Position numbers and translations under genes: made by a program
The notes under the pieces: generated by a model
Seen by the model: the letters and a program-made list of their open reading frames with translations, nothing else
Told to the model about the DNA's origin: nothing
Databases searched by the model: none
In this document: positions 18,445 through 25,843 of the stretch, piece by piece
Layout of the letters: the number at the start of each line of letters is the position of its first letter
Numbering within the stretch: position 1 is the first letter of the stretch
Source of the DNA: an uncultured Gammaproteobacteria bacterium
GTDB taxonomy: Bacteria; Patescibacteriota; Patescibacteriia; Magasanikbacterales; UBA922
Reading direction: 5' to 3'
NCBI GenBank assembly: GCA_964522435.1
Contig: CAZFUL010000001.1
Span: 11,612 to 75,611, forward strand
DNA: 64,000 nt

Positions 18445-20544
18445 ATGAACCTGACCACCCCCATTACACAACTATCTGGTGTTGGCATAACCATGCAAAA
18501 ACGTTTGGCAATGTTAGGTATTCATACCGTAGAAGAGTTGTTATATTATTTTCCCTTTCGCTACGAAGATGTGCGACATGTTGCCTGTATTGACCAGCTG
18601 GTGACGGGGACGCAAGTGCGTATAGAAGCGCAAATTGAGGCTATTGCAAGTCGTCGGGCACGCAAACGCCGTACCTACATTACAGAAGCCGTCGTGTCTG
18701 ATAGTTCTGGGCAATTGCGTGTGGTATGGTTTGGTCAACCGTATATAAGCAAAACCCTAAAAGTAGGGGATAGTGTGGTGCTTTCTGGGGTGGTGAAAGA
18801 AGACATGATTGGTTTGCAGCTGGTATCACCCAGTTATGAAAAAATACGGGCGCAGAAAGAAGAACAGACACTAGCGTCCGGAGAAATTTTTCCTATCTAT
18901 TCTCTTACTGCTGGCATGACCCAAAAGCAGCTGAGAAGCTATGTCAAAGAAGCATTACCGGCAGTTGTTGATATTGAAGAATGGCTTCCAGAAGAGATAC
19001 GAGATCGGGCAGATATTATGCCCTTGGTTGAGGCACTACAGGCAATTCATGTCCCAACGAGCTTGGAAGAACTCCATCATGCTGAGCGTCGATTAAAATT
19101 TGATGAAATATATATATTACAATTACGCGCGGAATTATTGCGTCAATCATTAGCGAGTGTGACGGCCAAGCAAATTATTTTTAAAGAAAAAGAAATAAAA
19201 GACATGGTAGCTGCATTACCATTTACCTTAACCAAAGATCAGAAGGTTGCTGCCTGGAACATATTTACTGATATGCAAGCGGCTCGTCCAATGAACCGGT
19301 TGTTAGAAGGGGACGTTGGTTCTGGAAAAACAGTGGTAGCAGCACTGTGTGCCTATAATACGATATTGAATGGCTATCAGGTCGCCTGCATGGCGCCAAC
19401 AGATATTTTGGCACGGCAGCATTTTCGCACCTTTCAATCCTTATTGCCAGGAGTGTCGATTGCCTTAGTCACGGGGGCGGGGGTTGAATTGTCTGCTCCA
19501 ACAACGAGTGATGTTGCGCTTGCCTTTGATAAGATAAAAACTAAAAAAGGAAAAAAAGACCGTATACGAACCTGGCTGCAAAGCGGAGAGATTTCTTTGG
19601 TTATTGGAACGCATGCATTACTCACAGAAACCGTGCAGTTTCATGAATTGGCTTTTGTTATTGTGGATGAGCAACATCGTTTTGGGGTAGAACAGCGAAA
19701 ACTGTTGAGAGAAAAATCTGGGAGTACGGCTATGCCACATTTTTTAAGTATGACCGCAACCCCGATTCCCAGATCCTTTGCCCTAACTTTGTATGGTGAT
19801 TTGGATGTGTCCTTTATTAAAGAAAAGCCACAAGGGAGAAAAGAGATTTATACGAAATTTGTGCAAGCCCATGAACGGCAAAAAGCCTATGATTTCATTC
19901 GTGGCCAAATAGATACAGGAAAACAGGTGTTTGTGGTCTGTCCTATGATTCACGTAGCTACGGACGGAGCAGAAAAAAAATCTGTTATGGCAGAGTACGA
20001 AAAACTGTCAACAAAGGTATTTGCTGATAAACGTATTGCGGTGTTGCACGGCAAAATGAAAGCAGAAGAAAAAAAAGAAATCATGCGCGCGTTTAAGGAA
20101 AAAGAACTTGATATTCTGGTATCTACCTCTGTTATTGAGGTTGGTATTGATATTCCAAACGCGAGTGTCATGATGATAGAAGGCGCTGAATCGTTTGGTT
20201 TGGCACAGCTGCATCAATTTCGAGGCCGTGTGGGGCGAAGCGATGCGCAAAGTTATTGTTTTGTCTTAACAGAGAGTGACAGCGATAGCGTGAAAAAACG
20301 ATTAGCGTTTTTTGAACAATGTCATGATGGCTTTGCCTTAGCGGAATTTGATTTAGAAGAACGTGGGCCAGGAGAAGTGTATGGCGTAAACCAAAGTGGC
20401 ATGATGCAGTTTCGACTGGCGTCTATGAAGGATAGAGAGCTTATTGTATTAGCCAGAGAGTTAGCCAAAGATATTGATTTTACGACATATCCCTTACTCA
20501 AAGAAAAGGTACACGAGTGGGAGCAGCGGGTGCATTTGGAATAA
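18445..20544 (+). CDS. recG: ATP-dependent DNA helicase RecG
   Basis: Wedge/OB N-terminus. Helicase motifs 'GDVGSGKTVVA', 'VIVDEQHRFGV', 'QLHQFRGRVGR'. Confidence 0.9.
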   Translation: MNLTTPITQLSGVGITMQKRLAMLGIHTVEELLYYFPFRYEDVRHVACIDQLVTGTQVRIEAQIEAIASRRARKRRTYITEAVVSDSSGQLRVVWFGQPYISKTLKVGDSVVLSGVVKEDMIGLQLVSPSYEKIRAQKEEQTLASGEIFPIYSLTAGMTQKQLRSYVKEALPAVVDIEEWLPEEIRDRADIMPLVEALQAIHVPTSLEELHHAERRLKFDEIYILQLRAELLRQSLASVTAKQIIFKEKEIKDMVAALPFTLTKDQKVAAWNIFTDMQAARPMNRLLEGDVGSGKTVVAALCAYNTILNGYQVACMAPTDILARQHFRTFQSLLPGVSIALVTGAGVELSAPTTSDVALAFDKIKTKKGKKDRIRTWLQSGEISLVIGTHALLTETVQFHELAFVIVDEQHRFGVEQRKLLREKSGSTAMPHFLSMTATPIPRSFALTLYGDLDVSFIKEKPQGRKEIYTKFVQAHERQKAYDFIRGQIDTGKQVFVVCPMIHVATDGAEKKSVMAEYEKLSTKVFADKRIAVLHGKMKAEEKKEIMRAFKEKELDILVSTSVIEVGIDIPNASVMMIEGAESFGLAQLHQFRGRVGRSDAQSYCFVLTESDSDSVKKRLAFFEQCHDGFALAEFDLEERGPGEVYGVNQSGMMQFRLASMKDRELIVLARELAKDIDFTTYPLLKEKVHEWEQRVHLE

Positions 20545-20654
20545 ATAAGAAGATTTTATTTTTACCTATCCCTGCTCAGCATACAAGCACGAAAGCAACT
20601 CGCTTCGGGTGCCAAGATGCACCCTGCGCTGCGACTGCTTTCTTTGCTTGTAGC

Positions 20655-20688
20655 TTTTAGGGGGATAGTATTAATTTTATCCCCCCAG
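20655..20688 (+). terminator. recG intrinsic terminator
   Basis: 'agggggatagtattaattttatccccc' hairpin just after the recG stop. Confidence 0.5.
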
Positions 20689-20693
20689 CCTGA

Positions 20694-20722
20694 TTGACAA
20701 AATAGCCAAAATCGGCTAGGGT
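20694..20722 (+). promoter_or_regulatory. sigma70-like promoter (TTGACA-N17-TAGGGT) with an internal palindrome
   Basis: 'ttgaca aaatagccaaaatcggc tagggt'. The spacer contains the inverted repeat tagcc-aaaat-cggcta. The promoter lies about 90 nt upstream of the island's first ORF. Confidence 0.4.
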
Positions 20723-20812
20723 CACTCGAATCGCTTTTTTTAAAGAAGGCGATTTGGTGGTCTTTCACAACGGAATTTTATATGCCCTTAGGTAGGGCGA
20801 AAGGGGATGATC

Positions 20813-22576
20813 ATGAAAGATTGGAATTGGAAAAAGTTGTCTTTTGTTGGGTCGCTCGTCATCATCGGCCTCACGGCCGTGGCTGGGCTGAGCCTGTTTT
20901 GGCACAACCTGCTCTGGAGCACGGTGTTTCCCGTGCCCTGGGCTGCCTGGATGGCGTCGGCCTTGATCGCCTTTGCGTCGCTCACCTTGCTGTCCTTCGG
21001 TGTTACCGGGACGCCTTTCCTTTTTTTGGCAGAGAAGATCTGCCTGCTGCCTTACAGCAAGGAGCAGACGTCCGAGCGGACCAAAGAGATTGAGCAGATC
21101 GCCGCCATTTTTGCATTCGCATTTTTGGCAGCCTTTTCGCTCAGCATCATTGGGACCAGCAAGTTCTGGTCATACCTGTTTCCAAAGCCATGGCACTGGA
21201 TTCCAGCGGTCGCAACCGCTGGGTTGGTGATTGCGCTTGAAATCATGGTTTTTCGCTCGGTGAAGGCGGGAATGAAGAAACGGATTGCCACCATCGTGAT
21301 GATGGCGTCGTTTCTGACGTTCTGTTTCGCGATCGAGATTATGGACAAGGACATCCTGCGTGAGAAAAAAATCATGCTGGATGAACAAGTTGCTCAAGCG
21401 CAGCATGATCAAGACCGGCGTGTTGCCCAGGCGAAAGAACTGAAAGAAGGAGAAATTCTTCGGCAGTTTGACGCCAAAGTGGCTGAAGCGCAGCAAAGCG
21501 CTGATGCTGCGGGCACACGGGCGCAAGCGGCAAATGCGAATCGGATTGCTGTGGTGACGCAGCAGTTTGAAGCGCAGATCGCGGCCGCAACATTGCACAT
21601 GAACTGTGCTCGGCAGCGGCTGTCGAACTGTTTGCCCGGATCACTCATGAAGCCGGGCAGCACTGAACGCGAAATCGCCGCAGCAGTGCGGCATCGCGAC
21701 GCCGCGGTGAAGCGCTTGGAAGTAGCTCGCAATACCGCGCTCATGAACGCTGGCGTTGCCGCCGGCGGGTCTGAAGGCGAGTCGCCTGCTCTGGCGCAAG
21801 CCCGGCAGGATCGAGACCAAGCCTTGGCCGCGTTGAACGGCCTGAGCAAAGAAGCGTTGCTCTCCGGGAGTGGCAACGTCCCCCTTCGCTTTGACGCGAC
21901 GGACTTTGACGGATTTCAGTCGACCATGAAGGCCTTTGGACGAGTTCTTTGGAACTCCCCGGCGACCTGGCCATGGTTTTTGCTGATGTTCTGCTTTGTC
22001 CTGTCCCTCGAGGCGATTCCTATCATTATGTTGTCCTTGCGCTCCTCTGCCTACCTTCGCTACTTGCTTTCGCAAGAGCCCAGCCTGGATCAGCTCGTGG
22101 CGCATGCCATGAACCTCAAGGTTGCGCAAGTAGACCTTGAGGAGCAGATCCCTGCTTCCGTGTTCAAAGCCGCGATGATGGGCGCGCTGTTTGCCAAACA
22201 GATCGCACAGATCGAGGCCTACCGTGAGCAGCTGGGCCAGGTCTTTGGCATGATCAAGCAAGGAGAGTTCAAGACTTTGCTTGATGTGACTCTGTTTCTC
22301 ATGCCAAGCTATAGCCTGGTAAAAGGTGCTCTCTGCGATATGCAGGTAGGGGGATACACATTCCCCAAGATCTTTTATCTGGATGCGGACATGTTTGATG
22401 GGTACAAGCCGCTTATTGAAGATTGCCTCGTCGATGCAGAAGCGGAGCGTGAGCGAGAAAAGCTCGCGGCTGCCAATCGTCCTGCTGGAGCAAACGGTCA
22501 TGTCCTCCGATCTGCCGGAGGCTTCGATGCCTCTGGTGCTGATGCGGTGAGCCTTTCTGCCGCCCCCGCCACCTGA
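20813..22576 (+). CDS. novel multi-pass membrane protein with a long coiled coil (GC-rich island gene 1)
   Basis: 587-589 aa. The start is the ATG at 20807 or at 20813; 20813 sits 5 nt after an 'aagggga' SD. Five N-terminal hydrophobic helices, a ~150-aa Ala/Gln/Glu-rich heptad-like segment, a sixth helix 'WPWFLLMFCFVLSLEAIPIIMLSL', and a ~180-aa C-terminal soluble region. No known catalytic motif. Confidence 0.6.
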   Translation: MKDWNWKKLSFVGSLVIIGLTAVAGLSLFWHNLLWSTVFPVPWAAWMASALIAFASLTLLSFGVTGTPFLFLAEKICLLPYSKEQTSERTKEIEQIAAIFAFAFLAAFSLSIIGTSKFWSYLFPKPWHWIPAVATAGLVIALEIMVFRSVKAGMKKRIATIVMMASFLTFCFAIEIMDKDILREKKIMLDEQVAQAQHDQDRRVAQAKELKEGEILRQFDAKVAEAQQSADAAGTRAQAANANRIAVVTQQFEAQIAAATLHMNCARQRLSNCLPGSLMKPGSTEREIAAAVRHRDAAVKRLEVARNTALMNAGVAAGGSEGESPALAQARQDRDQALAALNGLSKEALLSGSGNVPLRFDATDFDGFQSTMKAFGRVLWNSPATWPWFLLMFCFVLSLEAIPIIMLSLRSSAYLRYLLSQEPSLDQLVAHAMNLKVAQVDLEEQIPASVFKAAMMGALFAKQIAQIEAYREQLGQVFGMIKQGEFKTLLDVTLFLMPSYSLVKGALCDMQVGGYTFPKIFYLDADMFDGYKPLIEDCLVDAEAEREREKLAAANRPAGANGHVLRSAGGFDASGADAVSLSAAPAT

Positions 22577-22596
22577 AACACCATCCCACCGATTTA

Positions 22597-22670
22597 CGGA
22601 ACACGAACTGCCTTGGGCAACCAGTTCGTGTTCCTTCCCACCCCCTCACATAGGAGGTTTTTTTATTTTA
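22597..22670 (+). terminator. intrinsic terminator(s) after island gene 1
   Basis: 13-bp stem ggaacacgaactg/cagttcgtgttcc, then 'cctcacataggagg' followed by a T-run. Confidence 0.5.
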
Positions 22671-22831
22671 TGCGCATAATATAGGTATTGAGTAACTATT
22701 CTGTCCACCTATCCTACTTGATTTTTTTCATACAATATGTACTATCCTCCTTAACCGCTTGTGTAGAGAAACACAGATCCTCGTACGTTGCTGGCGGCTG
22801 CAAAGATACAGGAGACAAAGGAGCAAAGGCC

Positions 22832-23113
22832 ATGATTGATAAATCACTTGAACAGGTAGAGATCCTTATTTCTGCCATCGAGGCCGTGGGCCTCTCGGTT
22901 GAAAAGATCCTGCGCCGAGGGCAGGTGCATGGTTTTGTCCTGGATAATCAGCCCCCGCAGGGCTACCGCTATGATGAGCTGCTCACCTCCCGGGCACGGG
23001 AGTTGCGTGATGCCAAGAATCTGGGAGACTTCATCACTCGGATGGAGCATCTTCTGGGAACGAGCTACAATGCGGTTTTGAACCGCAATCTCTACATCGT
23101 GGCGTATCGGTAG
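22832..23113 (+). CDS. small paralog A (GYRYD-motif family, island gene 2)
   Basis: 93 aa from the ATG at 22832, preceded by 'aggagcaaagg'. The track ORF begins at 22688 but its N-terminus lies in AT-rich non-coding-looking DNA. Confidence 0.5.
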   Translation: MIDKSLEQVEILISAIEAVGLSVEKILRRGQVHGFVLDNQPPQGYRYDELLTSRARELRDAKNLGDFITRMEHLLGTSYNAVLNRNLYIVAYR

Positions 23114-23236
23114 CAAGGGGGCTTGCATTTTTTGCAAAAGTCTGTAGAATGGCTTCTAACCGCTTGAAACCAACAGAGAGGGAATTCCCAATGTATCTCG
23201 TGTGGCGGTTGCGAGATTGGGAAAAGGGAGAAATTC

Positions 23237-23527
23237 ATGAATTCGGCATACTTGGCGGCTTTGATGGCCGCGGTCAAGGCTTTGGGTAGCAACGCCCGAG
23301 CCTTCTCCGAGAACCCCGACATCGCCGGACTCAAGACCGGCACCAAGGCACCGACTGGGTATCGCTACGACCTCGCTGCTGGGGTCGCGTTCTCGAGCAG
23401 CCCGGAAGCGCAGCGTTTCTTCGACAAGATGAAGACGTTGCTCGGCTCCAGCTTCCTCCCCGTGGTGAAGCGCGAGATTTTCATCACCGAGATCGTCTTC
23501 AAGAAAGAAGAGGCCGCTTCCGCCTAG
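23237..23527 (+). CDS. small paralog B (GYRYD-motif family, island gene 3)
   Basis: 96 aa with SD 'aagggag'. The 'PTGYRYDL...KMKTLLGSSF' core aligns with paralogs A and C. Confidence 0.5.
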   Translation: MNSAYLAALMAAVKALGSNARAFSENPDIAGLKTGTKAPTGYRYDLAAGVAFSSSPEAQRFFDKMKTLLGSSFLPVVKREIFITEIVFKKEEAASA

Positions 23528-23751
23528 GCCTTCGGCGCCACGGGCAAGCAACCCCTCTTGTGCGAAGAGGAACAACCAACCAGGTCAACAGTGAGGAGCT
23601 GTTGACACCCACCAACAAAAAGACTCACCTACGCCCTTCGGGCTTCGGTGAGGAAGCGAGGGAAGCTGTTGGTCGCACCAGTGCACGCATCCGCGTTGCC
23701 TGCCAACAGATTCCATTCCAAGGGATAGTAGACATACTGTATCTTGGAATA

Positions 23752-23790
23752 TAAAAAACCTTGCACCAGAACGGTGCAGGGTTTTTTATT
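23752..23790 (+). terminator. intrinsic terminator after paralog B
   Basis: 'aaaaaaccttgcaccagaacggtgcagggtttttt'. Confidence 0.6.
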
Positions 23791-23913
23791 GCGCTTGATT
23801 TTTTTTTCTAACTTGTTTAGTATGAGCTACAACCGTTCTACCAAAGGAGTACCACGTTGCTATTGATGACTTGAACGGGCGTCACAATGGCAGTACGCTC
23901 TGAGGAGAGAAAA

Positions 23914-24210
23914 ATGTCAGGCGATCTCATCGATCAAATTGCGCGCCTCATTGCCGCGCTCGAGGCTTTTCAGCTGACTCCGGATCAGGTGATCCGTCAA
24001 ACGGACATCACCGGGTTCGAGGTCGGGGAGCGGGTGCCAGCGGGCTATTACTGGAATGCGATTCGGCATCGTGCCCAGGCGCAGGAGTTGAAGGACGCGC
24101 AAGGGGTACCCGCGTTCCAGATTCGGATGGAAGACCTCTTGAAGCACGACTACCAGTCTGTGGTTGAGGGGAAGCTCTTCATCAAGGCCGTCATTCGCCT
24201 GCGTGGGTGA
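23914..24210 (+). CDS. small paralog C (GYRYD-motif family, island gene 4)
   Basis: 98 aa from the ATG at 23914, which has the strong SD 'gaggagag' 5 nt upstream. The track start at 23887 is probably too far upstream. Core 'PAGYYWNAI...RMEDLLKHDY'. Confidence 0.5.
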   Translation: MSGDLIDQIARLIAALEAFQLTPDQVIRQTDITGFEVGERVPAGYYWNAIRHRAQAQELKDAQGVPAFQIRMEDLLKHDYQSVVEGKLFIKAVIRLRG

Positions 24211-24329
24211 CACATCCAACAAACAAGACCTGCCTGCTGGCAGGGAAGTGAGGGAAACTGTTGCTTGAAGGAGGTAAGCAACAGATCCCATTCAAGAATA
24301 GAGTATGTGAAAATAGTCTGTTGTTGAAT

Positions 24330-24365
24330 AAAAAAAATCCCGACTCAGTCGAGGATTTTTTTGTT
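24330..24365 (+). terminator. intrinsic terminator after paralog C; right edge of the island
   Basis: 'aaaaaaaatcccgactcagtcgaggattttttt'. Confidence 0.55.
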
Positions 24366-24469
24366 TATGAAGGGATGCCGGCAGCGTCAGTCAACAAATA
24401 GTTGACCTCGGCTGCCAGACATCATGCCCACATCATCGTGTCAGTTTTTTCCTCCGGTTGGTGCCACTT

Positions 24470-25813
24470 TTAACCGGTATGTTTAATTAACTCAGCAATA
24501 TTTTTTACCTGAAGGACGGTTGCTTTTGTTTTGGTCTTGGTAGCATTGCGTACTGTGGTAATGACTCGTTGTATGCCTAAGGCTTCGCATTCTTTTATGC
24601 GTTTTTCCAAAAAGCGTACGGAACGAATTTCTCCACCCAACCCTACTTCGCCAAATACCGCCAGGTCATTGCCTAACACTTTATCTTTATATGCGCTCGC
24701 AATGGCTAAACAGACTGCCAAATCAACACTGGGTTCTTGGGCTTTAATACCACCAACAATATTGACGTGCACGTCATATTGCCCCAACGTTAATCCCGCT
24801 CGTTTTTCTAATACGGCAATTAACACGTGTAGGCGGTTTAAATCAAAGCCACTGGCTTTACGCACGGGATAACCAAAGCTGGTTTTATTTACTAAGGCTT
24901 GTACTTCTACCAACAAGGGGCGAGAACCTTCCATCAAGCAGGTAACCACTGAGCCAGGCATTGCTTCTCCTCGTTCAGAAAGAAGGAGGGCAGAAGGGTT
25001 GGCAATTTGATGCAAGCCGGCCTCGTCCATATCAAACATGCCAATTTCATCGGTTGAGCCAAAACGATTTTTTACCGAACGAAGTAAGCGGATGTTATGA
25101 TAGCGATCACCTTCTAAATATAAAACCGTATCAACCAAATGTTCTAAGGTGCGTGGTCCTGCCACAGCGCCATCTTTTGTCACATGACCAATAAGAAGAA
25201 TGGCGGTTTGTTGTTCTTTTGCTGCGCCTAATAACTTTGCTGCGCAGGCGCGAATTTGAGACACATTGCCAGGTTCTCCCATAACCTCATCAGAGAAAAT
25301 GGTTTGAATAGAATCAACAATGGCGAGCGTTGGTTGTTCTTTTTTTATGGTGGCAATAATGCGTTCAACAGAGGTTTCATTACTCAACAGTAAGGTAGAG
25401 GTTTTTTTGTGTATGCGATCAGCACGTAATTTTATCTGTCCAATAGATTCTTCTCCAGATAAGTACAATGTTTTTGGAATAGCAAGCGCCATTTGTAACG
25501 AAAGGGTGGATTTTCCAATCCCAGGTTCTCCACCTAAGAGAATAAAACTCCCCGGAACAATGCCACCACCAAGAACACGATTGAGTTCTTCAATATTGGT
25601 TGAGACGCGGTTGACACTGTTGGTATCAATATCTTGTAGGGCAGTTGTTTTTGCGGTTGGATAGGCAGCGAGATCCGTTTGTTGCTTATGCACCGCAGTG
25701 ACTTGTTCTTTTATCGTTCCCCATTTACCACAAGTTAAACAACGGCCAGACCATTTTATATACTGGGCGTCACAATGATCGCAGACAAAAAGAGTGTCTA
25801 TTTTTTTATTCAT
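24470..25813 (-). CDS. radA: DNA repair protein RadA/Sms
   Basis: N-terminal zinc finger 'CDHCDAQYIKWSGRCLTCGKWG', Walker A 'GEPGIGKSTL', KNRFG motif, Lon-like C-terminus. Confidence 0.9.
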   Translation of the reverse strand: MNKKIDTLFVCDHCDAQYIKWSGRCLTCGKWGTIKEQVTAVHKQQTDLAAYPTAKTTALQDIDTNSVNRVSTNIEELNRVLGGGIVPGSFILLGGEPGIGKSTLSLQMALAIPKTLYLSGEESIGQIKLRADRIHKKTSTLLLSNETSVERIIATIKKEQPTLAIVDSIQTIFSDEVMGEPGNVSQIRACAAKLLGAAKEQQTAILLIGHVTKDGAVAGPRTLEHLVDTVLYLEGDRYHNIRLLRSVKNRFGSTDEIGMFDMDEAGLHQIANPSALLLSERGEAMPGSVVTCLMEGSRPLLVEVQALVNKTSFGYPVRKASGFDLNRLHVLIAVLEKRAGLTLGQYDVHVNIVGGIKAQEPSVDLAVCLAIASAYKDKVLGNDLAVFGEVGLGGEIRSVRFLEKRIKECEALGIQRVITTVRNATKTKTKATVLQVKNIAELIKHTG

Positions 25814-25843
25814 ATATTTGCTATGTAAGAAGAGGGGATGCCG

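Noticed and set aside
422-20250. Short antisense ORFs inside well-supported genes (e.g. 422-706, 2067-2372, 7641-7838, 10806-11018, 19950-20250).
   Set aside because: They are fully contained within strongly supported housekeeping CDSs on the opposite strand and have no motifs. AT-rich low-complexity translations are typical of chance ORFs.
20807-22576. Whether gene 1 is a ZorA-like (Zorya) MotA-type protein, because of its multi-TM region and coiled-coil tail.
   Set aside because: No ZorB/OmpA-like partner and no ZorC/D follow it. The TM count and the extra sixth helix do not match a MotA/ExbB-like core that I can recognise. The idea is left as unsupported speculation.
20788-23575. Many minus-strand and alternative-frame ORFs in the island (e.g. 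21641-22501 at 286 aa, 21170-21598, 21409-21876, 22413-22649, 23156-23575).
   Set aside because: High GC depletes stop codons, so long spurious frames are expected. Their translations are Arg/Ala/Gly-rich low-complexity sequence with no start context. The plus-strand genes have SDs, coherent TM and coiled-coil architecture and terminators.
23581-24330. Whether the 3' stem-loops are integron attC sites, making the small genes integron cassettes.
   Set aside because: attC sites read RYYYAAC ... GTTRRRY with the AAC half first. Here the gttg half precedes caac on both strands. There is also no intI or attI. I therefore treat it as a generic conserved hairpin rather than an attC.
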